Below are positions 1-9,874 of a stretch of DNA of 64,000 bases, piece by piece (position 1 is the stretch's first letter; each line of letters opens with the position of its first letter). Where the stretch lies: the NCBI GenBank assembly GCA_947644695.1, contig CANSAJ010000002.1, positions 3,219 to 67,218 of the forward strand. The letters are read 5' to 3'. A program made the position numbers and the translations under genes. Under the pieces are notes generated by a model that saw nothing but the letters and a program-made list of their open reading frames with translations, made no database searches and was not told the DNA's origin. The DNA comes from an uncultured Bacillota bacterium (GTDB lineage: Bacteria > Bacillota_I > Bacilli_A > RF39 > UBA660).

Positions 1-1336
1 TTTAGTATTTCTTGAGAGTTAAGACCTGTATTTTTTGTTATTTGTTCAAATGGAGTTTTTAATACTTCTTTCCAAATTTTACTTGCATTTGTGTTTGTGT
101 TCAGAGAATTAGAGATTTGTAAAAGGCTTATTCCACTGCCTGGTAATATTCCATTATTAGATGCAGAAAGAGCACATAAAGCATCTTCTAGTCTCATTCT
201 TTTTTCTTGGCATTCTGTTTTTGTAGGTGCTCCTAAATTTATTTCAGCTGTTCCTTTAGAAAACATTGCTATTCTTTTTTCTAAGAATTCTTTGTCTAAA
301 TCATCAGTTGTTTCTTTTGCTTCTTTTTTTAATGCTCGTAGATATTTATTTGTTTTTTCACTATTATTAAAATCAATTTTTATTTTTTCATTAGTTATTT
401 CTATGTTATTAACTATGCCTAAGTTTTTACTTGTTATAGAGTTTTCTTGTTCAATTATTTGAGCATTTGTTATTAGTTCTATGTCTTTTAGTATTTTATA
501 TATATGTGTTCCATAATCTTCTATTTTTAGTAAGCATATAGAGATTTTTTCAGTTAGGGTAAGTGAGACTAATTCTTCTGTTAAAACTTCATCAAAGTTA
601 TTAGCTATTATTATTAAATTGTGCTTGTTTTTTAATATATCATTTAGAATAAAGCTTATGTATTCTATATTTGTAAGAGAAGTATTCATAAGTAATATAT
701 ATGAGTCTTTATAATTTAATGTATTGTTATTTTTTAAAAAGTAAGGTGAGGCAAGTGTTGTATTACAAGTGTATCCTTTAAAATAATTGACAAAAGTTTT
801 GTCTTCATTTGATTCTTTAATGTTTATAGCTTCTTTTCTTTTTACTTTTTTAATTACGTTGTAGGCAAGATTACCTAAGTTTTCATCACCAGAAGAGATA
901 TAAGCTATGTTTTTTAGATTAAATTGTGTTGCTTTTCTTTTTAGTTTTTGTAATTCTTTTAATATTATTTCTAGTGTTTTATCTAGTTCTTTTTTTAATA
1001 AAATTCTTTTTTCTCCTTTATTTATGTATTTTAAGCTTTGTTTATAAATACTTTCTAGTAGTACAAGTGTAGTGGTTGTACCATCTCCAACTATATCATT
1101 TGTTTTTATTGAGGATTCTTTTATGATTTCTAAAATTGCACTTATGGTTTCGTCTTCACTTTCAATGTTTTTAGCAATAGTGACACCATCGTTAGTTATG
1201 AATGGAGAAAAATTAGAGTGATTAATTAAAACATTATTTCCTTTAGGTCCTAGAGTTTCTTTTACAGTGCCACATAAAATTTCTATACTTTCTAATATTT
1301 TTTCTTGTAGTTCTGTTCCACTAATTATTTTTTTCA
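1..1336 (-). CDS. Divergent GroEL/Cpn60-family chaperonin paralog. N-terminus starts at ATG (revcomp of 1334-1336). C-terminus runs off the left edge (>445 aa in window).
   Basis: Reverse translation from 1336 gives MKKIISGTELQEKILESIEILCGTVKETLGPKGNNVLINHSNFSPFITNDGVTIAKNIE...VGDGTTTT...KRMRLEDALCA. These match the Cpn60 equatorial-domain signatures TLGPKGRNV, ITKDGVTVAKEIE, AGDGTTTATVL and the ED/ALHAT region. The gene is missing from the ORF track only because it is truncated at the window edge. Confidence 0.6.
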
Positions 1337-2080
1337 TAGTTCCTTCTTTACTTCAGTTATATATTTCCAATATTTTTTTGGCATAAAATTCATTCTACAT
1401 CTATCATTTTTTCTTTCTTTAATTCCGATAGTTTTGTAAAAAGTTTTCCATAGGTTTTCTATGTTTTTTTCATTTATGCTTTCTTTTTGTGTAGATATTT
1501 CAAAGTCTTTTTCTTTAACAATTATAAATTGTTTTTTATCATGTATACTTATTATTTTTCTTCTATTATCTTTTATTATCCATAATTCATTTTTTAGTCG
1601 TGAGTTAAAGTGACAAGATATTAAATATAGAATATCGTTAGTGGGTTCCATTTCTGCATATAAAATGTTTTTTTCTAATTCTTTAAATCTTAAAAATCCT
1701 TTCATTTTATGAGATTCATGTATTACATATTCTGAGATTCTTAGGACTTCGCTTACGCATTTTAAATTTCTATGGTACATTATTTTTTGTCTATATTTTA
1801 ATGCATTAAGTAAAAAATAGTATATTATTAATTCTTTATTTTCTTCTTCTGATAAGAAAACATAATATATAGATTTCATTGAATATTTTCCGATATTTTT
1901 TATTATCCATTCGATATTTTTTTCATTTTTGGTTATGGTTAAAGTAATATTATTTTCAAATAGGGAAGGAGTATAAAATTCATTTTTTATATTTTCTGGT
2001 TTTAGTTTGTTTTTTAATAAATAGAATATAAGATTTAATAGAGAAATAAAATCATTTTCATAAATATATACATTTTTCAT
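1334..2080 (-). CDS. Putative TIGR03915-family 'DNA metabolism' protein (UDG-like partner of the radical-SAM DNA repair protein)
   Basis: 248-aa ORF immediately downstream of and stop/start-abutting the radical SAM gene (2081..3277). Size and conserved pairing fit the family. No diagnostic motif confirmed by eye. Confidence 0.4.
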   Translation of the reverse strand: MKNVYIYENDFISLLNLIFYLLKNKLKPENIKNEFYTPSLFENNITLTITKNEKNIEWIIKNIGKYSMKSIYYVFLSEEENKELIIYYFLLNALKYRQKIMYHRNLKCVSEVLRISEYVIHESHKMKGFLRFKELEKNILYAEMEPTNDILYLISCHFNSRLKNELWIIKDNRRKIISIHDKKQFIIVKEKDFEISTQKESINEKNIENLWKTFYKTIGIKERKNDRCRMNFMPKKYWKYITEVKKEL

Positions 2081-3277
2081 TTAAAATAACCTCAGTTGTT
2101 CTATGTGTGAGAAATCTCCCAAGACAATATTTTTTTCTATATATTCTTTTTTAAAGTTATCTTTATTAGTCACGTATTTTCCATTACATAATATAAAGTA
2201 TTTTGCACGTTTTAATACAACTCCCATTCGTTTTAGATCTTCTATGTGAATTGTGAAAGTTTTACGGGATGTTATTATTCTTTTTGCACTTTTGACTCCT
2301 ATTCCAGGTATTTTTAATAAGTCGTAGTAAGAGCAAGTGTTAATTTCTTTTGGAAATTCATTTAGGTGTCGTAGTGCCCAGTCGGTTTTAGGATCGAGTA
2401 ATATATTAAAGTTGGGATTTTTAGAATCTAAAAGATCAGTTACTTTAAAGTTATAGAATCTGAGTAACCAGTCAGCTTGATAGAGTCTATTTTCTCTTAC
2501 TAGTGGAGGCTGTTCTAAGGAAGGTAATAAGTTATCTTTATTAATTGGAACATATGCAGAGTAAAATACTCTTTTTAATTTATATTTATCATATAAACTA
2601 GAACTTTGATTCATTATTTCAAAGTCAGTTTCTTTAGTAGCGCCTATAATCATTTGTGTACTTTGTCCTGCTGGAACGTATTTTTTGTTTTGATTGTTTT
2701 TAACATATTCCATTATTTGTGATATGTTTTTACTTTCTTTACTTGGGGCTAGTAGTTTAAGTCCGTTTTCAGTAGGTAGTTCAATATTGGCACTTAAACG
2801 ATCTACTAAAGAGCCTAGTTGTTTTAGTAATTTTGGATTACATCCAGGTATTGCTTTGGCATGTATGTAACCATTAAATTTATATTTATTTCGTAGTAAA
2901 GAAATAGTTTTAATTAGAAGTTCCATTGTATAGTCAGGGCTTTTAATAATTCCAGAGCTTAAGAATAATCCTTCTATATAGTTTCTTCTATAGAAATTTA
3001 ATGTAATAGTACAGATTTCTTCTGGTGTAAAGATTGCTCTTTTTATGTTGTTACTTTTTCTATTTAAACAGTATTTACAATCATATATACAACAATTAGT
3101 TAAAAGTATTTTTAATAGAGAAATACATCTTCCATCAGAGGCAAATGAATGACATATTCCAGAAGAAGCAGCATTTCCTATTCCATCTTTATTTTTTCTA
3201 TTGCTTCCGCTTGATGAACAGGATGCATCATATTTAGCGCTGTCAGCTAGTATTTTTAATTTTTCTTGTAATTCCAT
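2081..3277 (-). CDS. Putative DNA modification/repair radical SAM protein (TIGR03916-like) with C-terminal helix-hairpin-helix
   Basis: CxxxCxxC cluster (CIYDCKYC) typical of the radical SAM 4Fe-4S site. C-terminal HhH motif LLKIPGIGVKSAKRII. About 400 aa. Adjacent 250-aa partner gene. Confidence 0.55.
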   Translation of the reverse strand: MELQEKLKILADSAKYDASCSSSGSNRKNKDGIGNAASSGICHSFASDGRCISLLKILLTNCCIYDCKYCLNRKSNNIKRAIFTPEEICTITLNFYRRNYIEGLFLSSGIIKSPDYTMELLIKTISLLRNKYKFNGYIHAKAIPGCNPKLLKQLGSLVDRLSANIELPTENGLKLLAPSKESKNISQIMEYVKNNQNKKYVPAGQSTQMIIGATKETDFEIMNQSSSLYDKYKLKRVFYSAYVPINKDNLLPSLEQPPLVRENRLYQADWLLRFYNFKVTDLLDSKNPNFNILLDPKTDWALRHLNEFPKEINTCSYYDLLKIPGIGVKSAKRIITSRKTFTIHIEDLKRMGVVLKRAKYFILCNGKYVTNKDNFKKEYIEKNIVLGDFSHIEQLRLF

Positions 3278-3411
3278 AATAAAATCACCAGAACTATTGT
3301 ACTATAAAAATATAATAATTTCAAATATTTGTTCGTATTATTTTGTGGTAATTTTTAGTGTTTGAATACATAAAAAGGGTTTATAATTTCATACTATAAT
3401 TAGGTGATTGT

Positions 3412-4155
3412 ATGCCGAATATACATAGTAGTATTAATTTTGCGCTTGTAAATATTCCAGTAATTCTTAATCCAATAATTAGAAATAATGATACTTCTTT
3501 TAATCAATTACATGAGAAGTGTGGAAGTAGAATTAATTATATTAAGTTTTGTCCAAAGTGTAATTTAAAGGTTAAAGAACAGGATATTATAAAAGGATAC
3601 CAATATGTGAAGGATAAATATTTAGTTTTTGATAAAGATGAATTAAATAAGTTAAAGCCTGAGAATGAGAAAGAAATAGAGATAATATCTTTTATTCCTT
3701 TTAAAGAGATAGATCCTATTTATTTTGAGAAGAGTTATGATTTAGATGCTGAGGGTAAAGGGAAAGCGTATTATTTGTTTTGTGAAGCACTTAAGAGAAC
3801 TAAATTAGTTGCACTTGCTAAAACTGTTATAGGAAGTAAGTTTTATTATGTTATTTTAAGATTTAATGAACAGAATATAGTTATGACAACACTTTATTTT
3901 GAAGAGGAAATTAATGTAAGAAGAGATGATGGAAATTATAAAGTAAATGATAAGGAGTTGGATTTAGCAATTAAGCTTATTAATTCTTTAAAGGGGAAGT
4001 TTGAACCTTTGAAGTACAGAGATGAGTATCAAGAGAATATCAGAAAAGCTATTGCGGATAAGCTAGATGGTAAGAAAGTAAAGGGAAGTAGGAAAAAGAA
4101 TAAGAAGCAGATTACTGATTTAATGGAAGCTTTAGAAAAGAGTTTAAAGAAATGA
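3412..4155 (+). CDS. ku: Ku-type NHEJ DNA end-binding protein
   Basis: N-terminal SSINFALVNIPVIL (compare Ku WKGSISFGLVxIPV). About 250 aa with a basic C-terminal tail. Immediately followed by ligase and LigD-domain genes. Confidence 0.7.
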   Translation: MPNIHSSINFALVNIPVILNPIIRNNDTSFNQLHEKCGSRINYIKFCPKCNLKVKEQDIIKGYQYVKDKYLVFDKDELNKLKPENEKEIEIISFIPFKEIDPIYFEKSYDLDAEGKGKAYYLFCEALKRTKLVALAKTVIGSKFYYVILRFNEQNIVMTTLYFEEEINVRRDDGNYKVNDKELDLAIKLINSLKGKFEPLKYRDEYQENIRKAIADKLDGKKVKGSRKKNKKQITDLMEALEKSLKK

Positions 4156-5036
4156 AAAATATTTGGGAAGATAGAAATTTTAGTCCTATGTTGCTTTTTG
4201 AATGTGAAAAACCTTTTAATTCTTCTGATTATTTATTTGAGGTTAAGTTTGATGGAGTTCGCGCTTTGATTTTTGTTAATAGAAATAATATTTATATTCA
4301 GAGTAGGAATAAGAAAAATTTAACTTCTTTGTTTCCAGAATTATGTAGTATTAAGAATTTAGTTAAGAATAATGTTATTTTTGATGGGGAAATAGTAAGT
4401 TTTAAGGATGGAAAACCTAGCTTTAGTGAATTAGCGAAACGTATTCGAGTTAAAAATAAATTTAGAATAATTAGTTTAAGTGAAGAAGAACCAGTAGTTT
4501 TTGTAGTATTTGATATTTTGTATGAAGACAAGGATTTGACTAAATTACCACTTGTGGATAGAAAGAGAATTTTAGATAAATATAGAGAGAATGAAAATTT
4601 TATTAAGTCTAAGGTTATAGATTATGAAGGTGTTAAGCTTTTTAATAGTGTGAAAAAGTTAGGCCTTGAAGGAATAGTAGCTAAATATAAGAATGGAATT
4701 TATCATATTAATAAAAGAACTGATGATTTTATTAAGATTAAGAATATTAAATGTGAAGAGTTTCTTATAGGCGGATATGAATTAAAGAAGAATGATATTT
4801 TATCTTTATCTATTGGAGAATATGTTGATGAGAAATTTCATTTTGTAGGAAAAGTTAGTATAGGTAAAAAAGTGAGTATTTATGAAAAAGTATTGAAGAG
4901 TAGAGATAGTAAAAATTATTTTTGTGATTTTAGTGAAGATATTTTTTATGTTAAACCTACTCTTAAGTGTACTGTAGAGTATTTGGAGAGAACTAAGAAT
5001 GGTTATTTAAGGCATCCTGTTTTTAGAAATGGTTAA
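4152..5036 (+). CDS. ATP-dependent DNA ligase (LigD ligase domain, stand-alone)
   Basis: Ligase motif I KxDG (EVKFDGVRALIF). Adenylation plus OB-fold length about 294 aa. ATGA overlap with ku. Confidence 0.65.
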   Translation: MKNIWEDRNFSPMLLFECEKPFNSSDYLFEVKFDGVRALIFVNRNNIYIQSRNKKNLTSLFPELCSIKNLVKNNVIFDGEIVSFKDGKPSFSELAKRIRVKNKFRIISLSEEEPVVFVVFDILYEDKDLTKLPLVDRKRILDKYRENENFIKSKVIDYEGVKLFNSVKKLGLEGIVAKYKNGIYHINKRTDDFIKIKNIKCEEFLIGGYELKKNDILSLSIGEYVDEKFHFVGKVSIGKKVSIYEKVLKSRDSKNYFCDFSEDIFYVKPTLKCTVEYLERTKNGYLRHPVFRNG

Positions 5037-5039
5037 GAG

Positions 5040-6422
5040 GTGAGTATGGTTAGTTTAAGTAAATATAATCTTAAGAGAAATTTTAATAAAACTAAGGAAC
5101 CTTTAGGTAAGGTAAAGAAGAGTGGTAAAAAGTTAAAGTTTGTTATTCAGCATCATATTGCAAGAAAAGAGCATTATGACTTAAGGTTAGAATATGATGG
5201 TGTTTATGTTAGTTTTGCAGTTCCTAAAGGACCTTCCTTTGATACTAAGGATAAAAGACTTGCAGTTAAGGTGGAAGATCATCCGATTAGTTATGGTAAT
5301 TTTGAAGGAATTATACCTGTTGGTGAGTATGGTGCTGGAACAGTAATGCTTTTTGATAAAGGTTATTGGGAGCCTATTAATGGTGTTTTGCCTGATTTTG
5401 AAAAGGGTCCTGTTAAGTTTTATTTAAATGGTGAAAGATTTAAAGGTGGTTGGACTTTAGTTAAGTTTAAGGAGAATAATTGGTTATTAATTAAAGAAAA
5501 GGATGATTATGTTAGTAAGACTAAAATTAGTAAGTTTAAAACTAGTATTAAAAGTGGAAGAACTATGAAGGAAATAAAGAATTGTAAAAATAGTTCTTAT
5601 GTAGATGTTAATATAACTAGTCCAGATAAGGTTATTTTTAATGATTTAAATATTACAAAGATGGATATTGTGAATTATTATAAGTTAGTTGCTAAGAGGA
5701 TGATACCGTTTTTAGATAATAGATTAATAAGTACTATTAGGTGTCCTAATGGTATTAATGGCGAAAAGTTTTTTATGAAGCATTTAAATACTGATTCTAA
5801 TGATGTTTTAAGAAAAAAGGTTAGGAATAAATTAGGTAAAAGTTCTTTTTATTATTATATAAGAAATGTAAATGGTCTTATTTCAGAGGTGCAGATGAAT
5901 AGTTATGAATTTCATATTTGGGGTAGTAAGCAAAATAGTATTAATAGACCAGATATTTTAGTTTTTGATTTAGATCCAGATTATGGTTTATCTTTAAAAA
6001 AAGTTAGAGATGGTGTTAGAGATTTAAAAGAGATTTTAGATAGTTTAAAGCTTAAGAGTTATCTTAAGACTAGCGGTGGAAAAGGATATCATGTTTATGT
6101 TCCATTAGAAGTTGATTCTTGGAAAAAGTGTGAAAAGATTGCTAATGATATAGCTAGTTTAATGGAAATGAAGTGGCCTTTAAAGTATACAACTAATATA
6201 AGAATAGAGAAAAGGAAGGGTAAGATTTTTATAGATTATTTTAGGAATAAAAAAGGTGCGACTAGTGTTTGTCCTTATTCTTTGAGATTAAAAAAGAATG
6301 CTAGTGTATCATGTCCATTATTTTGGAGTGAGCTAGATAGTATTGGGCCTGATGATATAACTATAAAAAATATAGGCGAGCGTTTTAAGAAGAAAGATCC
6401 ATGGCTTGATTTTTTTAATTAG
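5040..6422 (+). CDS. LigD 3'-phosphoesterase domain plus LigD primase-polymerase domain protein
   Basis: N-terminal FVIQHHIARKEHYDLRLEYDGV matches the LigD PE-domain signature (HHxAxRxHYDLRLE). The C-terminal 300 aa have the LigD-Pol architecture (ILVFDLDPD...). Confidence 0.65.
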   Translation: MSMVSLSKYNLKRNFNKTKEPLGKVKKSGKKLKFVIQHHIARKEHYDLRLEYDGVYVSFAVPKGPSFDTKDKRLAVKVEDHPISYGNFEGIIPVGEYGAGTVMLFDKGYWEPINGVLPDFEKGPVKFYLNGERFKGGWTLVKFKENNWLLIKEKDDYVSKTKISKFKTSIKSGRTMKEIKNCKNSSYVDVNITSPDKVIFNDLNITKMDIVNYYKLVAKRMIPFLDNRLISTIRCPNGINGEKFFMKHLNTDSNDVLRKKVRNKLGKSSFYYYIRNVNGLISEVQMNSYEFHIWGSKQNSINRPDILVFDLDPDYGLSLKKVRDGVRDLKEILDSLKLKSYLKTSGGKGYHVYVPLEVDSWKKCEKIANDIASLMEMKWPLKYTTNIRIEKRKGKIFIDYFRNKKGATSVCPYSLRLKKNASVSCPLFWSELDSIGPDDITIKNIGERFKKKDPWLDFFN

Positions 6423-6502
6423 TTTTTGTGTTAAATTGCTGTCAAATACTTTAGCTTGCTGTTGACTAGGCTTGATTGCTATAATATATTTTATAATAGA
6501 AG

Positions 6503-7261
6503 GTGAATAATATGAATGATGATTTATTGGATAGTGAGTTGCAATCAATTTTTGATAATCAGGAATTAAAGACTTCTACACAGATTATTATATTGGATTC
6601 TGCAAGGAAGAAGAGTGTAGGTGTAAAACCAGTTGAAAGGATAGTAGATAAAAAAGAGTTTTCTATGGCTGCTATTAGAGTTTCTCTTGTTGGTGTAATG
6701 GTAGCGGCTACTCTTTTAGCAGGATCAGTTAATTTAACAGATATTTCAATTAATCTTAATAGTAAGCTTAATATGCATAGTCTTTCTAAAGAGATTGGCA
6801 GTATAGTATATAATGAAAGTGATAATGAACGTACTTCTAAGATTTCTATTGTTAGTCAGAATACTCATGGTAATCAAGGGATGTATTATTATAAGCAAGA
6901 TGATATAGCGAAAGATTTAATAACACTTGATAGTAGTTTGTTTGATTATGCTTTTTGTGCAGTGTGTAATGATATGGGAAATAATATATATAATCAAGTA
7001 GGTATTGGTGGAAGATCAAATATAGATGCAGTTATTTATTATTTAAAATATTATTCAGGAATAGATGGAACTTTTTATAATGAGTATGTTAGTGAAGCTT
7101 TTAGAGATGTTTCTTCTTTAGAGGAATATTTAATTAAAAATAATTATGTGGATAAAGCTGGTAATCCTTCTTTTGAAGTATTTAAGCAATCTTGTAATTT
7201 GAAAGCAGAAGATATTTATTCTATATTACAAAATTCTAATAATAAGGGGGTAAATATGTGA
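6503..7261 (+). CDS. Hypothetical protein with one predicted TM helix (MAAIRVSLVGVMVAATLLAGSV)
   Basis: ORF with RBS-like aggtga upstream. An extended -10 (tgcTATAAT, 6477-6485) lies in the upstream intergenic region. No family recognised. Confidence 0.3.
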   Translation: MNNMNDDLLDSELQSIFDNQELKTSTQIIILDSARKKSVGVKPVERIVDKKEFSMAAIRVSLVGVMVAATLLAGSVNLTDISINLNSKLNMHSLSKEIGSIVYNESDNERTSKISIVSQNTHGNQGMYYYKQDDIAKDLITLDSSLFDYAFCAVCNDMGNNIYNQVGIGGRSNIDAVIYYLKYYSGIDGTFYNEYVSEAFRDVSSLEEYLIKNNYVDKAGNPSFEVFKQSCNLKAEDIYSILQNSNNKGVNM

Positions 7262-7509
7262 TGAATATTGATACTGTGAATATTGATGGAACTACTTATA
7301 TGGAAGTGGATAAAATAAATGTTAGTGAAGCTACTTTTGCATATTTAGTAAATGAAAAAGATAAGGATGACTTTTGTATAAGAAGGATAGTTGCTAAAGA
7401 TGGTAAAGTATTTTATGAAGGACTTATAGATGATAAACAATTTGATTTAGCTTTAATGTATTTTGCTAAAAAACATCAGAATATTATAAGTGATAACAAA
7501 AAGGACTAG
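7258..7509 (+). CDS. Small hypothetical protein (83 aa)
   Basis: ATGA-coupled to the upstream ORF. No family recognised. Confidence 0.2.
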   Translation: MMNIDTVNIDGTTYMEVDKINVSEATFAYLVNEKDKDDFCIRRIVAKDGKVFYEGLIDDKQFDLALMYFAKKHQNIISDNKKD

Positions 7510-7525
7510 TAAGTAATTATTAGTC

Positions 7526-8932
7526 CTATTTTCTATCATTTAAAGTAATTCCAATGTTTTTGAGATTGTCTCTTATTTTGTCAGCTTCTTCATAATTCTT
7601 TTGTTCTCTAAATTTATTTCTTATATTATTTATTATTTCAATTAGTTCATTTTCTTTGCTGTTTTTATTATTTTCGAAGTTCAATCCTAATATTTGTTCT
7701 GCACATTCAGATATGAAATTATTTAAGCTATATAATATATCTTTGTTTTTATTACCTGATAGTTCTTTGTTTATTAAATTTCTTGCTTCATAGATATAAC
7801 TTATAGCAAGTCCAGTATTAAAATCGTCTGACATTGCATTTAGAAATTGGTTTTTAAGATTAGCTATTTCTTCTGGTTCTTCTGTGTTTTCTTTTTTGTC
7901 ATCTTTTATTTCATTTCTTAGTTTAGTAATAGTCTCTGTTAATTTGGTATAAATTTTATTAGTTTCTTCTAAGCTTTCTTTGTTAAAGTCTGTAGGTTTT
8001 CTGTAGTGGTTTAGTAATATATAAAATCTTATAACTATAGGATTATATTCTTTAAATAAGTCTGGAAGTGTAATAAAGTTACCTAGGGATTTGCCCATTT
8101 TTTGGCCATTTACTGTTACTAAATTATTATGAATAAAATAGTTAACAAATGAAGTATTATTAGCAGCTTCTGATTGCGCGACTTCGCATTCGTGATGAGG
8201 GAAGATGTTATCCATTCCTCCTCCATGTATATCAAATGTATCTCCTAAATATTTTTTACTCATTACAGAACATTCTATGTGCCATCCAGGGTATCCAATA
8301 CTCCATGGTGAATTCCATTTCATTAAGTGTCCATTTTCTGCCTTTTTCCAAAGTGCAAAATCTTCAGGATTTTTTTTGTCATCTTTTATTTCTATTCTTT
8401 CTCCACTAAGAGTTTCATCAAGTGTTCTGTTTGATAAGAAACCGTATTTTTTGAATTTATGAACATTATAATAAACATTTCCTTCTTCTGTTACATAAGC
8501 ATATTCTTTTTCTATTAGTGTTTTTATCATGTCTATTATTTCTATTATATGTCCTGTGGCACGGCAGCTTATTGTTGGTTTTAATACGTTAAGTTTTTCC
8601 ATAGAGTCAAAATATATACTTTCATATTTGTATGCTATTTCTACTGGATCAATTTCTTCTAGTTTTGCTTGGCGTTCAATTTTATCTTCTCCACTTTCGG
8701 CATCTCCGACTAAATGACCTACATCTGTAATATTTTGTACATATTTTACTTTGTATCCTAAATATGTTAGATATCTATAGATTATATCAAAACTTACATA
8801 GCTTTTTGCATGTCCTAGATGAGGAAATCCATATACAGTAGGACCACATACATACATTCCTACTTTTCCTTCATAAATACTTTTAAATTCTTCTTTTTTT
8901 CTTGTTATAGTGTTATATACTAATAAGCTCAT
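7526..8932 (-). CDS. cysS: Cysteine--tRNA ligase
   Basis: HIGH-class motif CGPTVYGFPHLGHAKS. KMSKS-class motif KMGKSLGN. Zinc-site Cys/His context and a length (468 aa) typical of CysRS. No T-box leader is possible (100 bp upstream). Confidence 0.9.
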   Translation of the reverse strand: MSLLVYNTITRKKEEFKSIYEGKVGMYVCGPTVYGFPHLGHAKSYVSFDIIYRYLTYLGYKVKYVQNITDVGHLVGDAESGEDKIERQAKLEEIDPVEIAYKYESIYFDSMEKLNVLKPTISCRATGHIIEIIDMIKTLIEKEYAYVTEEGNVYYNVHKFKKYGFLSNRTLDETLSGERIEIKDDKKNPEDFALWKKAENGHLMKWNSPWSIGYPGWHIECSVMSKKYLGDTFDIHGGGMDNIFPHHECEVAQSEAANNTSFVNYFIHNNLVTVNGQKMGKSLGNFITLPDLFKEYNPIVIRFYILLNHYRKPTDFNKESLEETNKIYTKLTETITKLRNEIKDDKKENTEEPEEIANLKNQFLNAMSDDFNTGLAISYIYEARNLINKELSGNKNKDILYSLNNFISECAEQILGLNFENNKNSKENELIEIINNIRNKFREQKNYEEADKIRDNLKNIGITLNDRK

Positions 8933-9031
8933 GAATTCCTCCTTTGTTTTCTATATTATATCATGGGCGTTTTTATTTTAGTACTTTTTAGTGTGTTTTT
9001 TTGTTATAATTTATTTTGTGTGGTGGTGTTA

Positions 9032-9874
9032 ATGAAAATTAAAAGTAATGGAATAAATCTATATGATACTTTATTTAGTGGACAATGTTTTAGAATGGAA
9101 GAAGAAAGTGATGGTTCTTTTACTTTGATATTAAGTGATCGTGTTATTAATATTAAAGAAGAAGGAGATTATTTGGTATTAGACAGTAATGTTTTAAATG
9201 ATTTAGATTTAGTAGTTACCAAATATTTAGATTTGGAAAGAGATTATCAATTTATTAATTCAAGGATAGGGGATAAATGTGGTATTCTTAGGGATAATAT
9301 TCATTTGTGTGAGGGATATAGGATATTAAATCAAGATAAGTTTGAGATGTTTATAACTTATATTATTAGTCAAAATAATAATGTTAAGAGAATTATAGGT
9401 AGTGTTAATAAACTTTCAAAGTTATATGGAAAGAGAGTTTATTTTCGTGATAAGGAGTATTATTTGTTTCCTACATTTGATGAAATGAAAGATATTACTT
9501 TAGAAGAGCTTAAGAGTATTGGTGTAGGTTTTAGAGATTCATATATTAGAAGTGCTTTAAATAAGTTAGCAGAGGATAGTTTATTTTTAGATAAAATTGA
9601 TATGATGAGTACAGATAAGGCTATAAAAGAACTTGTAAGTATAAAAGGTATAGGTATAAAGGTTGCTAGTTGTATTTTACTTTTTGCTTATGGTAGACTT
9701 GATACTTTTCCTATAGATACATGGGTCAGACATTTTGTTAGTGATTATTTTAGTATGAAAGATGAAATAAATGTTATAAGTAAATTTATGAAGGAAACTT
9801 TTGGTGAGTATTCTGGAATAGCTATTCAATATTTTTATCATATTCAGAGAAATAAAAAAAGACAGGAAGTTTAG
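9032..9874 (+). CDS. 8-oxoguanine DNA glycosylase-like (Ogg-type) HhH-GPD base-excision enzyme
   Basis: N-terminal Ogg-type GQxFR motif (TLFSGQCFRM). HhH-GPD motif ELVSIKGIGIKVASCILLFAYGRLDTFPIDTWV with the conserved Asp. Start moved from the track start (8963) to ATG 9032, because the first 23 codons are hydrophobic junk and the family starts near MKIK. Confidence 0.6.
   Translation: MKIKSNGINLYDTLFSGQCFRMEEESDGSFTLILSDRVINIKEEGDYLVLDSNVLNDLDLVVTKYLDLERDYQFINSRIGDKCGILRDNIHLCEGYRILNQDKFEMFITYIISQNNNVKRIIGSVNKLSKLYGKRVYFRDKEYYLFPTFDEMKDITLEELKSIGVGFRDSYIRSALNKLAEDSLFLDKIDMMSTDKAIKELVSIKGIGIKVASCILLFAYGRLDTFPIDTWVRHFVSDYFSMKDEINVISKFMKETFGEYSGIAIQYFYHIQRNKKRQEV

Noticed and set aside
91-462. 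123-aa plus-strand ORF at the left edge
   Set aside because: Lies entirely antisense to the well-supported GroEL-like reading frame (1-1336, minus). Low-complexity translation.
4298-4531. 77-aa minus-strand ORF
   Set aside because: Antisense to the well-supported ATP-dependent ligase gene (KxDG motif).
6333-6548. 71-aa minus-strand ORF spanning the ligD-downstream intergenic region
   Set aside because: Overlaps the 3' end of the LigD-Pol gene and the start of 6503..7261 in antisense. No RBS. Likely spurious.
8205-8717. Two plus-strand ORFs (85 aa and 62 aa)
   Set aside because: Both are antisense to cysS.
8963-9031. Upstream extension of the Ogg-like ORF (track start 8963)
   Set aside because: The first 23 codons encode a hydrophobic, non-conserved peptide overlapping the divergent cysS promoter region. 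The family-conserved N-terminus begins at the ATG at 9032.
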